Assembly: GCA_035510735.1 (NCBI GenBank) | Contig: DATKGN010000004.1 | Location: forward strand, 243,810 to 307,809 | Source of the DNA: Patescibacteria group bacterium | Lineage (GTDB): Bacteria; Patescibacteriota; Microgenomatia; UBA10105; UBA927 | Direction: 5' to 3' | Length of the DNA stretch: 64,000 nucleotides | Part shown: positions 9,499 to 17,662 of the stretch, one piece after another | How positions within the stretch are numbered: the first letter of the stretch is position 1 | How the letters are laid out: each line of letters starts with the position of its first letter | Program-made: the position numbers and the translations under genes | The notes under the pieces: generated by a model | Database searches by the model: none | What the model saw: the letters and a program-made list of their open reading frames with translations, nothing else | What the model was told of the DNA's origin: nothing

Positions 9499-9936
9499 AT
9501 GAATGACCTGCCTCAGGATGCCCAACAGCCGAAAGCAGCGAGTGCTCCGCCCAGTGCAGTTACGGTTACGCCATCCGGTGCACGGGAAATTGAACCCGGC
9601 GGCACGGCCCCTCGGGAAGGTCTAAAGGATGCGACGGGCAATGAAATGCAAATCCCCAAGGAAGTTGCCTCAGCCGGTGTAAGAGTGCATCCTACGACAA
9701 TCGCAATACCCCAGTCAGTTGCGCAGATGGGTGTGAAGCCGACAGGGAATAATATTCCGGTTCAAACGACAACGAGTGTTGTTTTACCTCTATCCGACGA
9801 TCAAATTGCAACAGGGCTTCACCAAAGTATGACCAATTCGGTGCGGTGGCTTGCAGAATGGTGCGTGAGAAGATTGAAGCAGCTTCATGTTGCTGTAACA
9901 TCAACGCACGGAAAATTGATAAAAGTTAAGGAATAA
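9499..9936 (+). CDS. hypothetical protein
   Basis: 145 aa ORF ending SVRWLAEWC; TATGAT 6 nt before the ATG. Confidence 0.65.
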   Translation: MNDLPQDAQQPKAASAPPSAVTVTPSGAREIEPGGTAPREGLKDATGNEMQIPKEVASAGVRVHPTTIAIPQSVAQMGVKPTGNNIPVQTTTSVVLPLSDDQIATGLHQSMTNSVRWLAEWCVRRLKQLHVAVTSTHGKLIKVKE

Positions 9937-9942
9937 TTATCT

Positions 9943-12303
9943 ATGGACCAACAAATGTCGGGTAAATTATTGGACTTTACATACCGGTTGCAGGTCTTGG
10001 GTATCAGTTTTCTATTGATTGCGGTTTTTGCCGGTGCACTTATTTTATTGGGGTATATCATTTTTTTACTCTGGAAGTACCGAAACCGCGAAGAAGAATC
10101 TCTGGAAACCGTCGTCATGCAGGTCGCGGTACCCCGCGATAATGAGATAAAAATTGATGCGGCAGAACAGATGTTTTCCAGCATCCATAGCATCGCTCAT
10201 GGAGGATTTTGGTCGTTTTTGAAACCGAACGAGCATGTATCGTTTGAAATCGTTGCGAAACCGGAGGATATACGTTTTTATATCGCGGTACCGAAAAAAT
10301 TGACAGATCTCATTGAAAAACAGATTCATGGTGCCTATCCCGGTGCGGATATTAAGGAAGTGGAGGAATATTCTATATTTTCCGAGAACGGGAAAGTCGC
10401 GTTTGCGGGACTCGTGCTCGCAAACGCTGATTATATGCCGATCCGGATTTTTCGGGATTTACCGACCGATCCATTATCATCAATCACCTCAGTTCTTGCA
10501 AAAATGCGCCCCGGGGAGGCAGCCGCAATCCAGGTACTTATCCAGCCGGCTGAGGGCAAATGGCGGGAAAATGGGAGATCCTATATTTCCAAAATAAAAA
10601 AAGACGAATCAAATCCTGAGAAAGCAAGTTTTAAAGTTGACCCGAAATCCCTTGAAGCAATCGAACAAAAAACGAGTAAGCCCGGATTTAATACGGTGAT
10701 CCGTTGTGTCGTATCATCAACAGATCAGGAAACGGCAAAGATGCATTTGGATAATCTTCTTGCCAGTTTGAGTCAGTTTTCTTCGGATCATAATCACCTG
10801 ACGAAAGTAAAATTGCCGTTTAAACAATTATTTATGGTGGACTTTGTCTATCGGTATTTTCCGATCATGAATTTTCCGTTGTTTAAACAATTCAGCGTTC
10901 TCAATAGCGATGAGCTCGCTAGTGTATTTCATTTTCCCAATAAGTCAATCGAGACGGCACACATTTTTTGGCTCAACGCAAAGAGGGCACCCGCGCCATC
11001 TCAAATTCCGATGAGCGGTATGTTTTTGGGCAGATCCCGGTATCGTGGAGTTGAGCGGCCGATTTATATTGACGAAGAAGATCGACGACGGCACATGTAC
11101 ATTATCGGAAAAACCGGTACAGGTAAATCGCAACTTCTCGAAGAGATGATTGTGCAGGATATAAAAGAAAATAAAGGAATCGCGGTTATCGATCCGCACG
11201 GAGATCTCATCGACGGCGTCATGAGCAGAATCCCGGCGTCACGGGCGGAAGACGTTATCTATTTTGACCCATCGGATTCCGATCGGCCGCTTGGGCTCAA
11301 TATGCTTGAGGCAAAGACCGAAGAACAAAAGCATTTTGTCGTTACATCAATCGTCGGGCTTATGTATAAGCTCTATGATCCTATGAAGACCGGAATCATC
11401 GGTCCCCGATTTGAACATGCCATCCGAAACGCGATGCTGACCGTCATGGTGGAACCCGGAAACACATTTGTTGAGGTCGTCCGCGTACTTACAGATGCCG
11501 CATTCGTTCAGGAATTATTGCCGAAACTGACGGATCCGATTATTCGTCGTTATTGGACGGATCAGATCGCACAGACGGCGGATTTTCATAAATCAGAGGT
11601 ATTGGATTACATCGTCTCTAAGTTCGGCCGTTTCGTTACAAATAAGCTGATGCGTAATATCATCGGCCAGTCGCAATCATCATACGATTTCCGGAAAGTG
11701 ATGGATGACGGAAAAATATTATTAGTTAATCTGGCTAAAGGGAAAATCGGAGAGGAAAACAGTAATTTTCTGGGACTTATCCTTGTCCCGCGGATTCTTA
11801 TTGCCGCAATGAGCAGACAGGAAATTCCTGAGGAAACACGGCGCGATTTTTACTTATACGTTGACGAGTTTCAAAATTTTGCAACTCCGGATTTTGCCCA
11901 GATTCTTTCCGAAGCCCGAAAATACCGGTTAAATCTTATTGTCGCGAACCAATTCATCGGTCAGATGGAAGAAGAGGTAAAAAACGCGGTATTTGGAAAC
12001 GTGGGATCAGTGATCGCATTCCGGGTCGGCGTTACTGATGCGAATTATCTTCAACATGAATTCCAACCGACGTTTAATGAAGCGGACCTCATTAATATAG
12101 ATAAATTTAATGCGTATATGAAAACAAACGTGAGAAACGAGCCGGTCAAACCGTTTAGCATGGATTTGACGAAAGATATGACAAAAATTAACGCAGAAAA
12201 AAATGAAAAGATAGCGGAAGCGATTATTCAATTATCACGATTAAAATACGGGCGTTCAAAGGAATTGGTTGAGGCTGAAATATCGCATCGCGCGAGGCTA
12301 TAA
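9943..12303 (+). CDS. VirD4/TraG/HerA-like P-loop ATPase with N-terminal TM
   Basis: RRRHMYIIGKTGTGKS (Walker A), IDPHGDL, LYVDEFQNF (Walker B), LSEARKYRL. Confidence 0.85.
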   Translation: MDQQMSGKLLDFTYRLQVLGISFLLIAVFAGALILLGYIIFLLWKYRNREEESLETVVMQVAVPRDNEIKIDAAEQMFSSIHSIAHGGFWSFLKPNEHVSFEIVAKPEDIRFYIAVPKKLTDLIEKQIHGAYPGADIKEVEEYSIFSENGKVAFAGLVLANADYMPIRIFRDLPTDPLSSITSVLAKMRPGEAAAIQVLIQPAEGKWRENGRSYISKIKKDESNPEKASFKVDPKSLEAIEQKTSKPGFNTVIRCVVSSTDQETAKMHLDNLLASLSQFSSDHNHLTKVKLPFKQLFMVDFVYRYFPIMNFPLFKQFSVLNSDELASVFHFPNKSIETAHIFWLNAKRAPAPSQIPMSGMFLGRSRYRGVERPIYIDEEDRRRHMYIIGKTGTGKSQLLEEMIVQDIKENKGIAVIDPHGDLIDGVMSRIPASRAEDVIYFDPSDSDRPLGLNMLEAKTEEQKHFVVTSIVGLMYKLYDPMKTGIIGPRFEHAIRNAMLTVMVEPGNTFVEVVRVLTDAAFVQELLPKLTDPIIRRYWTDQIAQTADFHKSEVLDYIVSKFGRFVTNKLMRNIIGQSQSSYDFRKVMDDGKILLVNLAKGKIGEENSNFLGLILVPRILIAAMSRQEIPEETRRDFYLYVDEFQNFATPDFAQILSEARKYRLNLIVANQFIGQMEEEVKNAVFGNVGSVIAFRVGVTDANYLQHEFQPTFNEADLINIDKFNAYMKTNVRNEPVKPFSMDLTKDMTKINAEKNEKIAEAIIQLSRLKYGRSKELVEAEISHRARL

Positions 12304-12371
12304 AAAATTAACCTCTTTACAAATAATGCAAATACGGTAATCTGCTAAGTATGACAGTTATTTAAAACTTC

Positions 12372-13769
12372 ATGGATATACCCTCTGAGTCTTCGGGAAT
12401 ACCGAAACTACCATCACACGCAGTGTACATTTTCAACATGTCGGAAGACGTGTGGCCATTTATTAATTCAATGTCGGATAAAAAAGTCCGCGCGAACGAA
12501 ATTCAGTGGAATGTATACCTCGCCGACATGCGTCTTTTTATGTTTTGTAATGAAGATACGCAGGTATATTTCGTCTGTCCTCAGGGAGTGAGCGAAGAGT
12601 TTTTATCCTATTACAAAGAACTGTTCGGAAACAGACGGATAACCATACTTACGACAGCTATCCACAGCGGCGCAATTTGTGACGATATCCTCCACGATGA
12701 GTCGGTTATGAAAAAACTCATCGAAGTGGCCAACTCTTCTCAGCGGTTGACCATAACGAGTTATGCGACAACACCGGAATTTCTCCGCTTGATGAGGGAG
12801 CTAAGGAGCCGCGGACTGACAGTATATACGCCTGAGGCTCCGGAAGAAGAGGACGGGTGGACAGTAAATTTCTACGGAAGTAAATCCGGTATTCGGCAAC
12901 TCGCTCAACAGAGTCAAAATGCGGAACCGGATTTCCAGATGGCAAACGGCCTCATTTGTGTCGGAATCGAGGACGCTGCAAAAATTGCGGCGAAACGATA
13001 CATTAAAGAAAATGGTGTCGTTATAAAGACGAACAAGGGTCATGCCGGGATGGGTGTTGTCATTTTCCGTCCTGGAGATTTACCTCTTGATTATTTGTCA
13101 TGTGAACAAAAAATTCATTCTCTATTGGCAAAAGAAGCGTATTGGAATAAATTTCCCATTATTATTGAGGATTTTATTCAAATACAACCGGCGATCGGCG
13201 GCGGTAATCCAAATGTAGAGTTTAAAATTCTAAAAAACGGCAGAGTCGAGTTTTTATATTATTGCGGAATGCGGATGACCCGTGACGGTGTATTCAGCGG
13301 CGTAGAAATTCATAACGAAGTTGTGTCCGACAGAGTGGGAGCACAAATGGTTGATACAGGATTTTTTATCGGTGAAAAATATGCAGCGGCAGGATATAGA
13401 GGCTACTACGATGTGGATTTTGTAGCGGGAAGAAACGGGCAACTATATGTCACAGAATCAAATGTCAGAAGCACGGGGGGTACGTTTATCTACGAGATTG
13501 CGCTAAAGCTTTTTGGTAAGGATTTTATGTATACGACAAATATACTCTCGAATAACAGTTATGATATTTCCGATCTCAAGCCTCAAACGTTTACCGGTAT
13601 CCGGCGTAAGTTTCAACCGATCCTTTTTAACAAAAGCACCCGTGAAGGGCTTATTATCGTATCGGAAAATATTCTCCGTATCGATAAACTTGCGTACGTT
13701 ATTTTCGGAAAAACGAAGCGGCGCGTCTATGAGTTGGAAGAACAGATGGAGGCATTACTTAGAGCATAA
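12372..13769 (+). CDS. ATP-grasp family protein (PGM1-like peptide ligase type)
   Basis: VIKTNKGHAGMG, IIEDFI, GYRGYYDVDF, VTESNVRSTGGT. Confidence 0.7.
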   Translation: MDIPSESSGIPKLPSHAVYIFNMSEDVWPFINSMSDKKVRANEIQWNVYLADMRLFMFCNEDTQVYFVCPQGVSEEFLSYYKELFGNRRITILTTAIHSGAICDDILHDESVMKKLIEVANSSQRLTITSYATTPEFLRLMRELRSRGLTVYTPEAPEEEDGWTVNFYGSKSGIRQLAQQSQNAEPDFQMANGLICVGIEDAAKIAAKRYIKENGVVIKTNKGHAGMGVVIFRPGDLPLDYLSCEQKIHSLLAKEAYWNKFPIIIEDFIQIQPAIGGGNPNVEFKILKNGRVEFLYYCGMRMTRDGVFSGVEIHNEVVSDRVGAQMVDTGFFIGEKYAAAGYRGYYDVDFVAGRNGQLYVTESNVRSTGGTFIYEIALKLFGKDFMYTTNILSNNSYDISDLKPQTFTGIRRKFQPILFNKSTREGLIIVSENILRIDKLAYVIFGKTKRRVYELEEQMEALLRA

Positions 13770-13839
13770 GGTACGGCTTTGATATAATACAGAAGCCTCC
13801 GATAAAATAGTGGCAAATTAGTAATAAACATTATATATC

Positions 13840-13911
13840 GGAGCCGTAGCTCAGCGGTAGAGCGCTACTCTTATAAAGTAGATGTCCTTGGTCCGAATCC
13901 AAGCGGCTCCA
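13840..13911 (+). tRNA. tRNA-Ile(UAU)
   Basis: Cloverleaf GGAGCCG/CGGCTCC, D arm GCTC/GAGC, anticodon arm CTACT-CTTATAA-AGTAG (TAT at 13872-74), T arm CTTGG-TCCGAAT-CCAAG, discriminator A, CCA not encoded. Confidence 0.9.
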
Positions 13912-13912
13912 C

Positions 13913-14437
13913 ATGGAATTAGTTGTTCTCGTTGATGATCAAAATAACGAATTAGGGACACGCCCGAAAGATGATGTTCATTCGAATCATACGCCGCTCC
14001 ATCGCGGATTTTCCCTTTTTCTGTTTAATAATAAACATGAATTATTGATCACCCGTCGTACGCATACAAAAAAAACGTTTCCCGGTGTGTGGACGAATAC
14101 AGTCTGCGGTCATCCCGGTCCGGGTGAACAGGTCATTGATGCGGCTAGGCGCCGGTTAAAAGAAGAGATGGGGGTCGGGGGCGTTGATGTGAAAGAAGTG
14201 TCACCGTACCGATATAAGTTTACCGATATTCATGGAATTGTGGAAAATGAAATATGTCCAATTCTCATTACATTTGCCGATGTGAAACCAAAAATAAATG
14301 AGCGGGAGGTGGCGGGGTGGAAATGGATTCCATGGAAAGATTTTCTCACCGAAATACAGCTTAATCCATCGTCGTATTCACCGTGGAGTATTGAAGAGGC
14401 GGAAATTATTAAAAGATTAAATCTTCTCAACGGATAA
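13913..14437 (+). CDS. idi: isopentenyl-diphosphate delta-isomerase type 1
   Basis: LHRGFSLFLFN, KKTFPGVWTNTVCGHP, RRLKEEMG, VENEICP. Confidence 0.93.
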   Translation: MELVVLVDDQNNELGTRPKDDVHSNHTPLHRGFSLFLFNNKHELLITRRTHTKKTFPGVWTNTVCGHPGPGEQVIDAARRRLKEEMGVGGVDVKEVSPYRYKFTDIHGIVENEICPILITFADVKPKINEREVAGWKWIPWKDFLTEIQLNPSSYSPWSIEEAEIIKRLNLLNG

Positions 14438-15622
14438 ATCAGGAACTGCCGTGATATCGTGCCAGTTGGTGGGCGAACCCCTGAAATACGCATAGCTTGC
14501 AATATATACGGCGTTATCGGTGCACAGTGCTACCGGTGGCACAAACATTGTTATATTGTTATATTGTTTTATTGCTGAGTTCATTTTTTCTCTTAGCCGC
14601 AGATTAGCGGCAACGCCTCCCGATAAAAGAATTGATTTCGCCTGATGTATAGAAGCTGCATGGAGAGTTTTTTTCACCAGCACATCCGTTATGGACTCCT
14701 GGACTTCATAGGCTAATGCGCTTGTCATTCCGGCCTCCGAGCTGGAATCTATTTTTTTCGGGGTGGATCCCGGGTCAAGCTCGCCTCGCTGACGCGGCGA
14801 AGCGGGCCCGGGATGACATTTATTCCATTCTCGAAGAACCGCAGTTTTCAGTCCCGAAAAGGAAAAATTAAGCGATTTATCATGCATTAACGGACGCGGT
14901 AACTTAATTCTTCCCGTTGTCATTCCGGCCTCTGAGCCGGAATCTATTTTTTTCGGGGTGGATCCCGGGTCAAGCCCGGGATGACATTGAGAGGCCGCTT
15001 CCTGAATTGCCGGTCCTCCGCGGTTTTCAAATCCCAACAGTCTCGCCGTTTTATCAAACGCTTCTCCCGCCGCGTCATCGAGCGTACCTCCGAGCCATGT
15101 TAAATCCTTAATAGATTTCATGAGATAAAGCTCAGTATGACCGCCGCTAACGACAAGAGAGATGGCGGGAAACTCGATGCTTGCCCCGCGAAGCTTTAGC
15201 GAAGTGGGGTTGTCCCTCGACTGCGCTCGGGACGAATTTTGTCCTTCGTCATTGCTCAGGACAAAATTCGCATACATGTGGGCGAGAACGTGATTAACGG
15301 GGATGAGGGGTTTACCGGTCGTAAACGCAATTGTTTTTGCCGTTTCAACGCCGACGAGAAGAGAGCCGATGAGTCCCGGTCCGACGGTGATTGCGATTTG
15401 ATCGATCGATGCAAGCGTTTCCTTTGATTGTTTAAGGGCTTCTTCAATTGTCGGGATAATGCAGACAAGCTGCTCGCGCGCAGCCACTTCAGGGACGATG
15501 CCGCCGTATTTTGCGTGCATGAGTGTCGAACTTGCAACAACACTTCCCAGGATTGTTGTACCGTTCTCAACAACGGCCGCCGCCGTTTCATCGCAGGATG
15601 ATTCTATACTCAAAATTTTCAT
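14417..15622 (-). CDS. tsaD: tRNA t6A37 threonylcarbamoyltransferase TsaD with four repeat-derived in-frame inserts
   Basis: IESSCDET, YGGIVPEVAAR, GPGL, NHVLAH, VSGGHT, DDAAGEAFDK, FSFSGLKT, GGVAAN, CTDNA. Confidence 0.97.
   Translation of the reverse strand: MKILSIESSCDETAAAVVENGTTILGSVVASSTLMHAKYGGIVPEVAAREQLVCIIPTIEEALKQSKETLASIDQIAITVGPGLIGSLLVGVETAKTIAFTTGKPLIPVNHVLAHMYANFVLSNDEGQNSSRAQSRDNPTSLKLRGASIEFPAISLVVSGGHTELYLMKSIKDLTWLGGTLDDAAGEAFDKTARLLGFENRGGPAIQEAASQCHPGLDPGSTPKKIDSGSEAGMTTGRIKLPRPLMHDKSLNFSFSGLKTAVLREWNKCHPGPASPRQRGELDPGSTPKKIDSSSEAGMTSALAYEVQESITDVLVKKTLHAASIHQAKSILLSGGVAANLRLREKMNSAIKQYNNITMFVPPVALCTDNAVYIASYAYFRGSPTNWHDITAVPDLSVEKI
14545..14576. repeat. 4x 8-bp degenerate tandem repeat (NNATTGTT) inside tsaD
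   Basis: acattgtt atattgtt atattgtt ttattgct; same unit as 16095-16179. Confidence 0.7.
14723..14818. repeat. TGTCAT..ATGACA REP-like dimer (69 bp) with nested 27-bp hairpin, in frame in tsaD
   Basis: 96 bp; matches 14918-14986 except 2 substitutions and the insert at 14781-14807. Confidence 0.92.
14918..14986. repeat. TGTCAT..ATGACA REP-like dimer (69 bp), in frame in tsaD
   Basis: tgtcattccggcctctgagccggaatct-spacer-ggatcccgggtcaagcccgggatgaca; encodes CHPGLDPGSTPKKIDSGSEAGMT. Confidence 0.92.
15183..15270. repeat. three abutting palindromic mini-repeats, in frame in tsaD
   Basis: gccccgcgaagctttagcgaagtgggg + gtccctcgactgcgctcgggac + cgaattttgtcct-tcgtcattgctc-aggacaaaattcg. Confidence 0.85.
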
Positions 15623-15636
15623 TATAGTTGTATATT

Positions 15637-16083
15637 TTACTCAAGTCCGAGGAGTTTGGCCAATTGACTTGTGGAGGGGGTGTGGATTTTAGGAATTTCA
15701 ATTAATTGTGCGCCAATATGGTCTGCCTGTAACTGTTTTTTTTCTTTCATCGGATCACCCTCAGTAATCGCAATGACGGACGGATGAATCCGGTTCACAA
15801 ATGCAACATAATTAGTATCTGTTTTCATCGGCGGAAGGGCGATAACTTCATCAACGAGAGTTAAGCTTTCAAGAATTTCTTTGCGTTGTTGTTGTGTGTG
15901 GACCGGCCGTGCTTCGCCTTTCATATGGCGAACATTTTCGTCTGATTCGAGAGCGACAATAAGGTAATTACCGTACGATTTTGCCTGTTTCAGGAATGAG
16001 ATGTGTCCGAAATGGATAAAATCGAAGCAGCCGCCGACAAGTACTACTTTCTTATTGTTTTCTCCAATGTTTATGTTATTCAT
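15637..16083 (-). CDS. cytidylyltransferase-family nucleotidyltransferase (RibL/TagD-like)
   Basis: GGCFDFIHFGH (HxGH), PSTS C-terminal motif. Confidence 0.85.
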   Translation of the reverse strand: MNNINIGENNKKVVLVGGCFDFIHFGHISFLKQAKSYGNYLIVALESDENVRHMKGEARPVHTQQQRKEILESLTLVDEVIALPPMKTDTNYVAFVNRIHPSVIAITEGDPMKEKKQLQADHIGAQLIEIPKIHTPSTSQLAKLLGLE

Positions 16084-16094
16084 AGGTTATCACT

Positions 16095-16179
16095 CGATTG
16101 TTTCATTGTTCTATTGTTGTATTGTTGAAAGACGTTAGGATCAACGTAGCAATTTAACAATATAGCAATAGAACAATTT
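16095..16179. repeat. two inverted arrays of 4x 8-bp repeats, intergenic
   Basis: cgattgtt tcattgtt ctattgtt gtattgtt ... agcaattt aacaatat agcaatag aacaattt. Confidence 0.8.
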
Positions 16180-17604
16180 TTATAGAGTACCACGTAAATA
16201 TACCGCCTGCCACGGTTGAAAATTGGAATAAAATGTCGTCTTTTCAAGTGTCTGGTTGCCTCGTGTGACCGTATAGTCAAATGACGCTTTGGCGCCCCAA
16301 GCGGAAAAATCGACCTGTTTTATCGTTCCTTTGGGGAGAGTCGGGTCGTCCTGGTAAAGGTCGGGTGGAGGAGGCGTGACTCCCCAGAGTTTCTGGTTGG
16401 TTATTTGTGCATTCCTTCCGTCGCTTGTACCGTACAAATCAAATGTCAGGTTTAAATTTGTTGTATCGGTTTTTGCCTGGATGAGAATATAGCCGGGGGT
16501 GTCATTTTTGAATTTCAGATCAACAGAGGGGCTGTAGACTGTGGCATCAAGCCCCGCTTTGAATCCGCCCTCTTCATAGTAGTGAACGCGATAATCATGG
16601 GCGTGGCGCTCAACAATCGGGAGACCGGCGTTGAGGGCCGCACGAAACAGTGTAGTCGACACCTGGCAGACGCCGCCGCCATCGCCTAATATTGTGTGCC
16701 CGTCTTTGATAATATATGCCGATTGATATCCGGTTGCGGCTGTTATATCGCCGACTGCGTCATCAAAAGAAAATGTTTCGCCCGGTTTGATCAGTATGCC
16801 GTTTACCCGCGACGCGGCAAGGGCGACATTATGAATGCGCCCTGGGATTGATCCTGCAAATTCTGAGTATCCCGATGCAATGAGTTCTTTGATACCGAAT
16901 TGATTTGCATTGCTTGTTGATACATCAGGTTTTACCGTGTCGACAGGGAGGTTGATTGCTATGTATTGCTGATCTGTTTTTGCCACCGTTAAAAATGCCT
17001 GTTGAATCCGTTGAAGAGCAAGAGGGCGATTGAGCGCTAAACCGTCCTTGGAAGGTTTAAATGCGGTAACTTTATTATTGGAAAACGCAAATAATGCGTT
17101 TTCAACCGGAATATCGATCTGTTCTGATAAAGAATCCAGCAAATCATTAATAATGCTCTCCTTCCAACGGAAATACGGCTGTAAATCCACTTTTTTCTGG
17201 AAAAATTTGGTATAGAGATTTGATAATATTCCGTCCGAACGGCCTATTAAGTAAGCCTGCGTTGCTGAGAGATCGGCGTCATACCCCAAATCGATATCGC
17301 TTCCGGAAACCGTCGCAATCGTTGATTTAAACCGTAATTCAAATTTGGCTGAGGCAAAGGGCTCATTCTTTTGATTCCAATAGGTTGCGACTTCTTTTTG
17401 TGTTTTATCGCCGAACCAAATGCCACCCACGTAGACGTTCGGATACACTTTGTTTTGATAGTACGCGTCAAACATCGCGATACTTCCCCATGTTAGGGCA
17501 TATAAGATGATCACAATGCTCGCTAAAATGAGAAACCATCGGGGAAGCATATGAAGAAATTTTGGGGTAATCGTTTTTTTTGTCTTGTTCTTTGAATCGT
17601 GCAT
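16180..17604 (-). CDS. VanW-family protein with peptidoglycan-binding region
   Basis: RIHNVALAA, PGETFSF, GGGVCQVSTTLFRA, GLDATVY; N-terminal TM. Confidence 0.88.
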   Translation of the reverse strand: MHDSKNKTKKTITPKFLHMLPRWFLILASIVIILYALTWGSIAMFDAYYQNKVYPNVYVGGIWFGDKTQKEVATYWNQKNEPFASAKFELRFKSTIATVSGSDIDLGYDADLSATQAYLIGRSDGILSNLYTKFFQKKVDLQPYFRWKESIINDLLDSLSEQIDIPVENALFAFSNNKVTAFKPSKDGLALNRPLALQRIQQAFLTVAKTDQQYIAINLPVDTVKPDVSTSNANQFGIKELIASGYSEFAGSIPGRIHNVALAASRVNGILIKPGETFSFDDAVGDITAATGYQSAYIIKDGHTILGDGGGVCQVSTTLFRAALNAGLPIVERHAHDYRVHYYEEGGFKAGLDATVYSPSVDLKFKNDTPGYILIQAKTDTTNLNLTFDLYGTSDGRNAQITNQKLWGVTPPPPDLYQDDPTLPKGTIKQVDFSAWGAKASFDYTVTRGNQTLEKTTFYSNFQPWQAVYLRGTL

Positions 17605-17662
17605 GGTATGATAATTGTACTAGATATTCTTTGGTATGTGCTAATAGTTATTTATTTGCCTT

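Noticed and set aside
9943-12303. Conjugative element or ICE suggested by the VirD4-like ATPase
   Set aside because: No relaxase, integrase, VirB genes or att repeats; the nearby tRNA 3' end is not duplicated as far as I can see.
14723-14986. Repeat-spacer-repeat pattern as a possible CRISPR array
   Set aside because: Only two 69-bp units separated by conserved TsaD coding sequence; no cas genes in the window.
16180-17604. VanW (and FemABX genes) as antibiotic resistance determinants
   Set aside because: No van ligase cluster; these families are ordinary cell-wall genes here.
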